This document shows, in pieces, positions 30,537 to 41,153 of a DNA stretch of 64,000 nucleotides; position 1 is the first letter of the stretch, and every line of letters starts with the position of its first letter. Under the pieces are notes generated by a model. The model did not search any database. It saw only the letters and a list, made by a program, of their open reading frames with translations, and was not told where the DNA came from. The position numbers and the translations under genes are program-made. Source of the stretch: Tagaea sp. (GTDB lineage: Bacteria > Pseudomonadota > Alphaproteobacteria > CACIAM-22H2). The stretch spans positions 448,001-512,000 of the forward strand of contig CBDIIB010000003.1 in assembly GCA_965279525.1 (NCBI GenBank), in the 5' to 3' direction.

Positions 30537-31316
30537 CTAGACGAGCGCCTGCGTGTCGCCATCCACCGACAGGGCTTGACCGGAAATATTGCGACCACCA
30601 ACGCCTGCCAGGAAAACGGCCAGTCGCGCGATATCGTCCGCCTCGACCATACGACCGAGCGAGGCCTGGCGGGTGTAGAGCGCCTCCATCTCGTCGACGG
30701 GGACACCGGTCGAGGCGGCTTTCGCCTGGATCACCCGCCGGATGCGCGGTCCGTCAACCGCACCCGGCAGGATCGCGTTGACCCGGATGTTGTCCGGGCC
30801 GAGTTCGACGGCAAGGCTCTTGGTGAAGCCCACGACGGCCCATTTGCTCGCCGAGTAGGGCGTGCGATGGGCGAAGCCGAACTTCCCGGCGGCCGATGAC
30901 ATGTTGATGATGGTGCCGCCGCCGCTGGCGCGCAGCAGCGGAACGGCGCGCCGCGCGCAGAGGAACTGGGCGTCGATGTTGATTTCCATCGTGTGACGCC
31001 AGTCGTCGGGAGACAGCGTCTCGACCGGTCCCGTCGGCCCGGCCACGCCGGCATTGTTGACGAGCACGTCGAGCCCGCCGAGCGTGTCGATCACGTCCTC
31101 GAAAAGCTCGTCGACGTCGTCTTCGTCCGAAACGTCGCACTCGAGCGCTTCGTGACCGGGCAGCTCCTGGCGAAAGCGGGCCAGTGCGGCTTCGTCGACA
31201 TCGCAGACGACAACGCGTGCGCCGGCGCCGGCGAAGGCACCTGCGATGGCGCGGCCGATGCCGGCGGCACCCGCAGTGACGAGCACGCGAAGATCGCGGC
31301 AGGATTGATCGGTCAT
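30537..31316 (-). CDS. SDR family oxidoreductase
   Basis: TAGAAGIG, NNAG, YSASK. Confidence 0.9.
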   Translation of the reverse strand: MTDQSCRDLRVLVTAGAAGIGRAIAGAFAGAGARVVVCDVDEAALARFRQELPGHEALECDVSDEDDVDELFEDVIDTLGGLDVLVNNAGVAGPTGPVETLSPDDWRHTMEINIDAQFLCARRAVPLLRASGGGTIINMSSAAGKFGFAHRTPYSASKWAVVGFTKSLAVELGPDNIRVNAILPGAVDGPRIRRVIQAKAASTGVPVDEMEALYTRQASLGRMVEADDIARLAVFLAGVGGRNISGQALSVDGDTQALV

Positions 31317-31365
31317 GATGGTCCCCCTGTGCAGCTTGTGTCGTCGGCGGCTACACTCGCCCGAT

Positions 31366-32205
31366 ATGGCGTCTGGAGATACCACGCGCGGGCTTGTGCG
31401 TCCCGCGGTTTCGGGTCGTGCCGGTGCGGCATTCGCGCGCGACCGCGAAGGCGTCGTGCGGCTGTCCGATCTCGAGCAGCGCGACCCGCTCAAGATCCTG
31501 TTTCCCGATCCGCTCGGCGAGCCGCAGCCGGTCGCCGTCCTCGTCAATACGGGTGGCGGTATCGTCGGGGGCGACAGTCTCGGAACGTCGATCGGGATCG
31601 GCGCCGGTGCGGCCGCACTTGTCGTCGGCCAGGCGGCCGAGAAGGTCTATCGCAGCTGGGGTCCCGACAGTGTCGTCGCCAACACGCTCGATGTCGGCGC
31701 GGGTGGTCGGCTTGAGTGGTTTCCGCAGGAAACGATCCTGTTCGACAAAGCAAGGCTCGACCGGCGTCTCGATATCGGGCTTGGCGACGGATCCGGGTTC
31801 CTGGGCGGCGAGATCGTTGTCTTCGCCCGGCGCGCGCGGGGCGAGTCGATGACCGGCGGCGCCTTGCGCGACCGATGGACGATCCGGCGGGGCGGGCAAA
31901 GGATCTGGGCCGACGCGTTCGTCGCGGACCCGCTCGACGATGCGCTGCTGGACCGGCCGGCGCTACTGGGCGGTGCTCGAGCGACGGCAACGATGGTCTG
32001 CGTCTGCGAGATGCCGTCCCGGGCCCTCGATATCGCCCGAGCGCAGCCGGGGATATCGTGCGGACTGGTGGGCGGCGTATTGGTCGCACGGCTCCTCGAT
32101 TCCGACGTGCCGGCGCTCCGGGAGCGATATGTGGGCCTCTGGCTGGCGCTGCGGACCGGCCTGTTCGGGCTGCCGGCGTCCCTGTCCCGCCTGTGGCACG
32201 TGTGA
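31366..32205 (+). CDS. ureD: urease accessory protein UreD
   Basis: NTGGGIVGGD, QAAEKVYRS, EWFPQETILF, RLWHV; first gene of the ure cluster. Confidence 0.9.
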   Translation: MASGDTTRGLVRPAVSGRAGAAFARDREGVVRLSDLEQRDPLKILFPDPLGEPQPVAVLVNTGGGIVGGDSLGTSIGIGAGAAALVVGQAAEKVYRSWGPDSVVANTLDVGAGGRLEWFPQETILFDKARLDRRLDIGLGDGSGFLGGEIVVFARRARGESMTGGALRDRWTIRRGGQRIWADAFVADPLDDALLDRPALLGGARATATMVCVCEMPSRALDIARAQPGISCGLVGGVLVARLLDSDVPALRERYVGLWLALRTGLFGLPASLSRLWHV

Positions 32206-32238
32206 TGCTAGGATTGCGCCCGACGGAGGGGGCGACGC

Positions 32239-32541
32239 ATGAACTTGAGTCCACGAGAGAAAGACAAGCTGCTTGTGGCGATGGCCGCGATGGTGGCACG
32301 CCGCCGGCTGGAGCGGGGGGTCAAGCTCAACCATCCCGAGGCGGTGGCGCTGATCGCCGACTTCGTCGTCGAAGGCGCACGGGACGGGCGCTCGGTCGCC
32401 GACCTGATGCGCGACGGGGCCAAGGTCATCACGCGCGACCAGGTGATGGACGGGATCGCCGAGATGATCCACGACATCCAGGTTGAGGCGACCTTTCCGG
32501 ACGGCACGAAGCTCGTGACCGTCCACAACCCGATCCGCTGA
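32239..32541 (+). CDS. ureA: urease gamma subunit
   Basis: [36 protein letters not shown]. Confidence 0.98.
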   Translation: MNLSPREKDKLLVAMAAMVARRRLERGVKLNHPEAVALIADFVVEGARDGRSVADLMRDGAKVITRDQVMDGIAEMIHDIQVEATFPDGTKLVTVHNPIR

Positions 32542-32550
32542 GGGAAGACG

Positions 32551-32874
32551 ATGAAGCCCGGGGAAATTCTGGTGCGCGACGGCGAGATCGAGCTGAACAC
32601 CGGCCGCCCGACCGTGAAACTGGAGATCTCGAACACCGGCGACCGGCCGATCCAGGTCGGCTCGCACTACCATTTTTTCGAGACGAACCCGGCGCTGTCG
32701 TTCGACCGCAAGGCCGCCTACGGCATGCGGCTGGACATCCCCGCCGGCACGGCCGTGCGCTTCGAACCGGGACAGTCACGCAAGGTGGCACTGGTCGCCT
32801 ATGGCGGTGCGCGGGTCGTGCATGGCTTCCGCGGTGCGGTAAACGGCAAGCTCAAGAAACCGGGGAAGAAGTAG
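32551..32874 (+). CDS. ureB: urease beta subunit
   Basis: [32 protein letters not shown]. Confidence 0.98.
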   Translation: MKPGEILVRDGEIELNTGRPTVKLEISNTGDRPIQVGSHYHFFETNPALSFDRKAAYGMRLDIPAGTAVRFEPGQSRKVALVAYGGARVVHGFRGAVNGKLKKPGKK

Positions 32875-34583
<1,709 letters not shown>

Positions 34584-34584
<1 letters not shown>

Positions 34585-35033
34585 TGCGCGCACTCGCGGT
34601 CGATCCTGCCGGGAGCTGGGACACGACGAACCGCCGCGGCATCGTCACGCTGGCGTCGGACGCGCGCCACCGCCGCCGCCTGACCCTGCGTGCCGATGAG
34701 GGATTCGAGTTCCTGCTCGATCTCGTCCATGCGGCGCACCTCAAGCACGGCGACGGCCTGGCACTGGACGACGGCTCCTATGTCGAAGTGCGGGCGGCCG
34801 ACGAGCCGGTGATGGACATCGCCTGTGCCGATCCCGCGCATCTCGCGCGCGTCGCCTGGCATGTCGGGAATCGTCATCTCGCGGTTCAGGTGTTGCCCGA
34901 TGGAACGCTGCGCTTGCTTGAGGATCATGTCATCGCCGACATGGCCGAAAAGCTCGGCGCGCGGGTCCGGCATCTGGAAGCGCCATTCGATCCTGAACCC
35001 GGCGCCTATGCGGGGGGCGGGCATGGCCACTGA
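34584..35033 (+). CDS. ureE: urease accessory protein UreE
   Basis: RHRRR, AWHVGNRH, PFDPEPGAY, short His tail. Confidence 0.93.
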
Positions 35034-35709
35034 CGGTCTGCTGAAGCTGCTCGCATGGCTTTCGCCGTCGTTTCCGGTCGGCGCATTCGCCTACAGCCAC
35101 GCGCTGGAAGCCGCGATCGAAGAGGGGTTGGTGCACAACCGCATGACGCTGCAGGACTGGATCGCCGATCTGGTCGCCCATGGCTCGCCGCGCGCCGATA
35201 CGGTCCTCTTCTGCCATGTCTATCGGGCCGTCGCGGCCGGCGACGTGCCCGCGTTTCTCGACGTTGCCGAGCTTGCGTCCGCGATGCGCGGAACGGGCGA
35301 ACTGGCGCTCGAGGCGACCCAGCAGGGCGAAAGCTTCCTTCACGCGATCGGCGATGCCTGGCCTGTCGATGTGGCACCCTGGCGGGCAGCGCTTGCGAGC
35401 AGCGGCGTTCGCCCGGCCTATCCGGTCGCGGTCGCCTGTGCGGCTGCCATCGCCAATGTGCCACTTGCCGACGCCGTTCCGGCCTATCTTCACGCGTTCG
35501 CGGCCAATCTCGTATCGGCCGCGATCCGGGCCATCCCGCTCGGCCAGACCGATGGGCAACGTGCGCTTGCCGCACTCGAACCCGGCATCGCGGCGGCAGC
35601 CCTTGCCGCAATGGATCGCCCGCTCGACGAGGCTGGCAGTGCCGCCCTCGTCGTCGATACCCTCTCGTTCCGTCACGAAACCCAGTATTCGAGGATTTTC
35701 AGGTCATGA
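35023..35709 (+). CDS. ureF: urease accessory protein UreF
   Basis: [37 protein letters not shown]. Confidence 0.94.
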   Translation: MATDGLLKLLAWLSPSFPVGAFAYSHALEAAIEEGLVHNRMTLQDWIADLVAHGSPRADTVLFCHVYRAVAAGDVPAFLDVAELASAMRGTGELALEATQQGESFLHAIGDAWPVDVAPWRAALASSGVRPAYPVAVACAAAIANVPLADAVPAYLHAFAANLVSAAIRAIPLGQTDGQRALAALEPGIAAAALAAMDRPLDEAGSAALVVDTLSFRHETQYSRIFRS

Positions 35710-36320
35710 CAGGTCCCCTGCGCGTTGGAATCGGCGGCCCCGTCGGTTCGGGAAAAACCGCACTCGTCGATGCGCTCTGCAAGCGCCTTCGCGACGTGCT
35801 CGACGTCGCGGCGATCACCAACGACATCTACACGAAGGAGGACGCCCAGTTCCTGACCCGGTCGGGCGCTCTCGATCCTTCGCGCATCATGGGCGTGGAG
35901 ACGGGCGGGTGCCCGCACACGGCGATCCGCGAGGATGCTTCCATGAATCTCGCGGCATGCGCCGAGATGACGGCGAAGTTCCCGGGCCTCGAACTGCTGT
36001 TCGTCGAATCCGGCGGCGACAATCTTGCCGCGACGTTCTCGCCCGAGCTGGCGGATCTCACGATCTACGTGATCGACGTTTCGGCCGGCGACAAGATCCC
36101 GCGCAAGGGCGGACCCGGCATCACGCGTTCGGACCTGCTCGTCATCAACAAGATCGATCTTGCCCCGCATGTGGGTGCTTCGCTCGACGTGATGGACAGG
36201 GACGCGAAGAAGATGCGCGGCGAGCGCCCGTTCGTGTTCACGAATATCCGCGGCGGCAAGGGTGTCGCCGAAATCGCCGATTTCATCGTCGCCAAGGGCG
36301 GCCTCACGCCGCGCGCCTGA
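35706..36320 (+). CDS. ureG: urease accessory GTPase UreG
   Basis: [26 protein letters not shown]. Confidence 0.97.
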   Translation: MTGPLRVGIGGPVGSGKTALVDALCKRLRDVLDVAAITNDIYTKEDAQFLTRSGALDPSRIMGVETGGCPHTAIREDASMNLAACAEMTAKFPGLELLFVESGGDNLAATFSPELADLTIYVIDVSAGDKIPRKGGPGITRSDLLVINKIDLAPHVGASLDVMDRDAKKMRGERPFVFTNIRGGKGVAEIADFIVAKGGLTPRA

Positions 36321-36332
36321 CCGGGAGCTGAC

Positions 36333-37571
36333 ATGTCCGCATCCGAAAAGATCGACGAAGCCCGGCTCTGGCAGCGCCATGTCGACATGGCGAGGCTGGG
36401 TGGTCTGCCGAAGGGCGGGGTCAACCGGCAAGCGCTGTCGGCCGAAGACGCGGCCGCCCGCCGGCTTCTTGCCGGCTGGGCCGCCGCGCGCGGTTACGAT
36501 GTCTACGGCGATCCGATCGGAAATCTCCATGTCCGGCGTGCGGGCCTTGAGAACGACGCGCCGCCGGTCCTGACCGGATCCCACATGGACAGCCAGCCGA
36601 CGGGCGGCAAGTACGACGGCATGTACGGCGTTCTCGCCGGGTTCGAGGCACTCGAAGCCCTTGACGATGCCGGCATCCGCACCAAGCGGCCGGTCCAGGT
36701 CGTCGCGTGGATGAACGAGGAGGGAAGCCGCTTCCTGCCGGGTGCCATGGGGTCGGCCGTATGGGCGGGGCACTATGAACTCGCGAAGATGCTCGACGTC
36801 GTGGATCGCGATGGCGTGCGGCTCGCCGACGCGCTCGCGCAGACGCTGGCGACGGCACCGTGCCGCGTGACGCAAGGTTTCGACCGGCGCTTCCACGCCT
36901 ATATCGAGACCCATATCGAGCAGGGTCCGAGACTGGAGGCAGAGCGGCGGACCATCGGTGTCGTCACCGGCATCCAGGGGTCGCAGCGCTATACGGTCGA
37001 CATTTTAGGGGAAGAGGCCCACGCCGGCACGACGCCGCTGCGCGTGCGCAAGGACGCGCTGAGAAGTGCCGTCGCCGTCGTGCAGGCTTTGGAGCGGCAC
37101 ATGCACGATCCCGCCGACATCGTGCGCTTCACCGTCGGCCGCTTCGAATGCCGGCCGGGTTCGCCCAATACGGTGCCGGGGCAGGTGCATTTCACGATCG
37201 ATTTCCGGCATCCGGACGCCGCACTGCTGAACCGGCTGGGCGACGCCATCGCAGGCGTGGTTGCCGCCAGCGTGGCACCGTGCACGGCGACGGTCGTGCG
37301 CGTCACCGACGTGTCCCCGACGGTCTTCGACCCGCGCATCGTGGATCTGGTCCGCGCGAAGGCTGCCGCGCTTTCGCTGCCAAACATGGACATGCCGTCG
37401 GGCGCAGGCCACGACGCGATGCATGTCGCCACGCACGGTCCGGCCGGAATGATCTTCGTGCCCTGCGAGCGCGGCGTCAGCCACAACGAAGCCGAAGCCG
37501 CGACACCCGGGGATCTGGCGGCGGGTGCGCGCGTGCTTGCTGACTGCCTCGAGGCACTCGCCAACGAATAG
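36333..37571 (+). CDS. M20 Zn-dependent N-carbamoyl-amino acid / allantoate amidohydrolase family protein
   Basis: GSHMDSQPTGGKYDG, NEEGSRF, ETHIEQGP, HAGTTP, GAGHDA, SHNEAE. Confidence 0.9.
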   Translation: MSASEKIDEARLWQRHVDMARLGGLPKGGVNRQALSAEDAAARRLLAGWAAARGYDVYGDPIGNLHVRRAGLENDAPPVLTGSHMDSQPTGGKYDGMYGVLAGFEALEALDDAGIRTKRPVQVVAWMNEEGSRFLPGAMGSAVWAGHYELAKMLDVVDRDGVRLADALAQTLATAPCRVTQGFDRRFHAYIETHIEQGPRLEAERRTIGVVTGIQGSQRYTVDILGEEAHAGTTPLRVRKDALRSAVAVVQALERHMHDPADIVRFTVGRFECRPGSPNTVPGQVHFTIDFRHPDAALLNRLGDAIAGVVAASVAPCTATVVRVTDVSPTVFDPRIVDLVRAKAAALSLPNMDMPSGAGHDAMHVATHGPAGMIFVPCERGVSHNEAEAATPGDLAAGARVLADCLEALANE

Positions 37572-37577
37572 GCCGGT

Positions 37578-38630
37578 CTAGCGCCGCTCCGTGCGGCGCG
37601 CTTCGGCGGCACCGACAAGGCGTTCGGCCGGCAGGCGGATCGTGACCGAAGCGCCGCCGCCCGGTGCCGTGCCGATGTCGAGATGGCCGCCATGCTGTTC
37701 GACATAGCGCCGGACGATCGCCAGCCCCATTCCGGAACCCGGCGTGCGCCGCAGATAGGCGTTGTCGAGATTGACGGTCGGGTCGCCGAGGCGCCGTTCG
37801 TCTGTCGGGGGAATGCCGGGCCCCTGGTCGGCGACCCAGATCACGATCGCCCCGACCGGATTGCGGCCCAGCCCGATCGTGACGGTGCTTCCGGGGGGCG
37901 TGAACTTGATCGCGTTCGAGAGCAGGTCGAGCATCGCCTTGGCGAGCTTGCGGGCGTCGGCGCGGACCATCAGCGGCTCTGCCGGGATGTCTGACGCGAG
38001 CGCCACCTTGCGCATTTCGGCGTCTGCGCGCATCAGGTCGCGCTGCGCGCGCGCCAGTGCTGCAAGATCGACGGGTGCTTCGTGCAGCCGGTCGGCCGCA
38101 CCGTCGTCGCGCGCCACTTCGAGGAGCTCCTCGACGATGCCCACCAGCAGTTCGGCGCCGGTCTGGATCGAGGCGAGATACTCGTGCTGCTTTTGCGTGA
38201 CGGCGCCGCCGATCCCGCGTTCGAGGAGTTGGGTGAAGCCGAGGATGGCATTGAGCGGCGTGCGCAGCTCGTGGCTTGCCGTCGCGATGAACACGTCCCC
38301 GGCGCGCTTGCTTTCCGGCATGTAGGGCCGCATCACGACGATGTGGCCGCCGCCGCATCGCATGGCGTCGATGCCGACGAGCCGCAGGCGGCCGGAGGCG
38401 TCGATCAGGGGCAACTCGGTCTCGCCGCCCGACGCGATCGTCGCGGCAAGTTCGGCCCGGCAGCGGTCGTCGCCGGCAAGCTCGATGAGGTCGGCCGGCG
38501 CCGGCCCGAAATCGCGTGCGAACGCGGCGTTGGCGAAAACCACGCGGTTGCCGGCACCGATCCGCACGACCGGATCGCTCACGCGTTCGGCAAGGGCATC
38601 GAGCGCGGTTTCGACGGAGATCGCGTTCAT
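37578..38630 (-). CDS. cytoplasmic PAS-domain sensor histidine kinase (PleC/DivJ-like H-box)
   Basis: SHELRTPLNAILGF, LLSNAIKFT, DQGPGI, GSGMGL; N-terminal FANAAF PAS-like segment, no TM. Confidence 0.88.
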   Translation of the reverse strand: MNAISVETALDALAERVSDPVVRIGAGNRVVFANAAFARDFGPAPADLIELAGDDRCRAELAATIASGGETELPLIDASGRLRLVGIDAMRCGGGHIVVMRPYMPESKRAGDVFIATASHELRTPLNAILGFTQLLERGIGGAVTQKQHEYLASIQTGAELLVGIVEELLEVARDDGAADRLHEAPVDLAALARAQRDLMRADAEMRKVALASDIPAEPLMVRADARKLAKAMLDLLSNAIKFTPPGSTVTIGLGRNPVGAIVIWVADQGPGIPPTDERRLGDPTVNLDNAYLRRTPGSGMGLAIVRRYVEQHGGHLDIGTAPGGGASVTIRLPAERLVGAAEARRTERR

Positions 38631-38757
38631 GTCGCGATCCTCGCGCAAGCCGCCGTCCGGTTTCCGATGCCTTTGAATTCTTCCATGGCCCCGCGATTCA
38701 ATCCCAGGCAGCGGTCCGGGGCAAGCGGTTCGTGGCCGGAAATACGCCCGATCCGGC

Positions 38758-39564
38758 CTATTTCTTTGCCCGGACGACAGAAATTTCGTCACGAAGATGG
38801 TGTACGATATCAACGAACGCCGGGCGGAAAGCGACTTCCGGCGTGCGCGGGCGCTCGAAATCGACCTGGTTGGTCGAAATGATCCGGCCGGGGCGCGCAC
38901 TCATCATGAAGACCCGGTCGGACAGATAGACCGCCTCGCGCAGGTCGTGCGTGATGAGGATCACCGTCGGCCGCTTCTTGATCCAGAGCGCCTGGACGAC
39001 GTCCCAGAGCTCTTCGCGGGTGAACGCGTCGAGTGCGGCGAAAGGTTCGTCGAGCAGCAGGAGTTCGGGGCTGTGGATCAGCGCACGGCACAGCGAGCCG
39101 CGCTGCTGCATGCCGCCGGAAAGCTGCCACGGGAACTTCTCTTCGAAGCCGGACAGGCCGACCGTCGCGAGCAGTTCCTTGGCGGCCGCGACGTGCTTTT
39201 CGCGGTCGCGCCGGAACGAGCTTGCATGCGGCTCCACGATCTCGAGCGGCAGCAGCACGTTGTCCATCAGCGTGCGCCAGGGAAGCATGATCGAATTCTG
39301 GAACGCCATGCCGCAGATCTTCAGCGGGCCGGTGACCTCCTCGCCGCCGACGATCACGTTGCCCGTGGTCGCGGTGTAGAGGCCCGACACCAGCTTGAGC
39401 AGTGTCGACTTGCCGCAGCCGGACGGGCCGACGACCGAGACGAACTCGCCCTTCGCGATCTTGATGTCGGCGTCCTTGAGGGCCAGCGTGTCGCCGTCCT
39501 TGGTGCGGTAGACGAGGCTGACGCGGTCGATGTCCACGAAGTCCTTGGTTCCGTTCGCAGTCAC
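38758..39564 (-). CDS. NitT/TauT-family ABC transporter ATP-binding protein
   Basis: GPSGCGKST, MLPWRT, LSGGMQQR, DEPFAALD, SARPGRI. Confidence 0.92.
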   Translation of the reverse strand: MTANGTKDFVDIDRVSLVYRTKDGDTLALKDADIKIAKGEFVSVVGPSGCGKSTLLKLVSGLYTATTGNVIVGGEEVTGPLKICGMAFQNSIMLPWRTLMDNVLLPLEIVEPHASSFRRDREKHVAAAKELLATVGLSGFEEKFPWQLSGGMQQRGSLCRALIHSPELLLLDEPFAALDAFTREELWDVVQALWIKKRPTVILITHDLREAVYLSDRVFMMSARPGRIISTNQVDFERPRTPEVAFRPAFVDIVHHLRDEISVVRAKK

Positions 39565-39612
39565 GTGAATCGAGCCTCCAGCCGAATGCGGGACCTGTAT
39601 CGGGAACTAAAC

Positions 39613-39628
39613 AGCAAGCTTCGTGCCG
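39613..39628 (-). promoter_or_regulatory. sigma54 (-24/-12) promoter of the ABC ATPase gene
   Basis: Minus strand CGGCACGAAGCTTGCT, near-consensus; NtrC-like TGCCCAAAATGCAGGCG (GC-N11-GC) at 39668-39684. Confidence 0.7.
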
Positions 39629-39772
39629 GGCACTCTGCCGCAGGGGACTCCACGATGGCAAGAATGCTGCCCAAAATGCAGGCGGAATGGCCGCGAAGCG
39701 GGCAAAATCGGGCATGCTTGTGGGAATTCGGGCGGCTAACTATGGTGCGGTGCACCGTCCGGGAAGGAAAAG

Positions 39773-40126
39773 ATGGCAAAGCTCTCCACGCACGTTCTCG
39801 ACACCATGAACGGCCGGCCTGCGGCCGGCATGCGGATCGGGTTTTTCCGCATCGACGGCGACCGGGTGGAACAGGTCGGAGATTACCGGACGGACGCGGA
39901 CGGGCGGACCGACGGCAAGCTCCTCGATGCCGGGTCGTTCCGCACGGGCCGCTACGAGCTGCGCTTCCACGTCGCAGGGTATTTCCGGGCACGCGGTGTC
40001 GATCTGCCGGAGCCGGCGTTCCTCGACGTCGTGACGGTCGCGTTCGGCATCGCCGAGGCGGACGGGAACTACCACGTGCCGCTGCTCGTCAGCCCGTGGG
40101 CCTATTCCACATATCGCGGGTCCTGA
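39773..40126 (+). CDS. uraH: 5-hydroxyisourate hydrolase (transthyretin-like)
   Basis: LSTHVLD, TDADGR, YHVPLL, C-terminal YRGS signature. Confidence 0.95.
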   Translation: MAKLSTHVLDTMNGRPAAGMRIGFFRIDGDRVEQVGDYRTDADGRTDGKLLDAGSFRTGRYELRFHVAGYFRARGVDLPEPAFLDVVTVAFGIAEADGNYHVPLLVSPWAYSTYRGS

Positions 40127-40131
40127 TCCCG

Positions 40132-41049
40132 ATGGATTTCCTTTCGCTGCTGCAGGAATGGGCCGACCTGGTGGTGCGCTGGACGCACGTGATCACCGGC
40201 ATCGCGTGGATCGGCTCGTCGTTCTATTTCAACTGGCTGGAATCCAAATTCCGCCCGCCCGAGACGCCGCGCGAGCGCATCGAGGGCGAGGCTTGGCTCG
40301 TCCATGGCGGCGGCTTCTACCGCGTCGAGAAATTCGCGGTCGCACCACCCGTCCTGCCCAAGGAACTGCACTGGTTCAAGTGGGAGGCGGCGTTCTCGTG
40401 GATGTCGGGCATCCTGCTGCTGGCGATCGTCTATTATGTCGGCTCGGGCGGTTCGTTCCTGACGCATCCGTCGCTTGCCGGTCTCGGCACGCTGGGGGCT
40501 GCGGCCTTCTCGCTCGCGGTGATCGCCGTCTCGTGGATCGTCTACGACCGGCTGTGGAAATCGCCATGGGCCGAGGCGAACGCGTTCGCGGCGACGGCGG
40601 TGACGTTCGTGCTGCTGGTGGCGCTCGCGTGGTTCCTCACGCGCATGATGGCGCCGCACGCGGCCTATATCCATGTCGGTGCGGTGATCGGCACGATCAT
40701 GACCGCCAACGTGTGGATGATCATCATCCCCAACCAGCGCGAACTTGTGGATTCAACGCGCGAGGGGCGCCCGCCGCAGTACCGCTTCGCCAGCCAGGCG
40801 AAGTTCCGTTCGCTCCATAACAACTATTTCACGCTGCCCATCGTGTTCATCATGCTGTCGAAGAACTACGCCAGCATCTGGGGCCACGACTGGAACTGGG
40901 CGATCCTTGCCGGGCTCGCCTGCGTGGGGGCCGGTATCCGGCACGTCTTCAACCTGCGCAACAAGGGGCGCATGGGCGAGGGGTTCTGGATCATGCCGGC
41001 GGCGGCCCTTGCCATGTGCATGCTGTTCTACGTGACCTTGAAGGCCTGA
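40132..41049 (+). CDS. puuD: urate hydroxylase PuuD, membrane domain only
   Basis: RWTHVITGIAWIGSSFYF, WLVHGGGFY, LHWFKWEA, IIPNQR, RSLHNNYFTLP; 305 aa, no CxxCH. Confidence 0.85.
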   Translation: MDFLSLLQEWADLVVRWTHVITGIAWIGSSFYFNWLESKFRPPETPRERIEGEAWLVHGGGFYRVEKFAVAPPVLPKELHWFKWEAAFSWMSGILLLAIVYYVGSGGSFLTHPSLAGLGTLGAAAFSLAVIAVSWIVYDRLWKSPWAEANAFAATAVTFVLLVALAWFLTRMMAPHAAYIHVGAVIGTIMTANVWMIIIPNQRELVDSTREGRPPQYRFASQAKFRSLHNNYFTLPIVFIMLSKNYASIWGHDWNWAILAGLACVGAGIRHVFNLRNKGRMGEGFWIMPAAALAMCMLFYVTLKA

Positions 41050-41055
41050 GCGGAA

Positions 41056-41084
41056 ACGTCAGGCTGCCGTCACACAAGAGTCAC
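41056..41084 (+). promoter_or_regulatory. Pho box (three 11-bp-phased half sites) upstream of phoX
   Basis: ACGTCAG-GCTG-CCGTCAC-ACAA-GAGTCAC; GTCA at 41058, 41069 and 41080. Confidence 0.7.
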
Positions 41085-41153
41085 GGGCGACTGGTATCCA
41101 GCGAAAAGTCGGCATCCATCCGATGCCGGCCGAACTTCGCGGAGATGCCAGCC

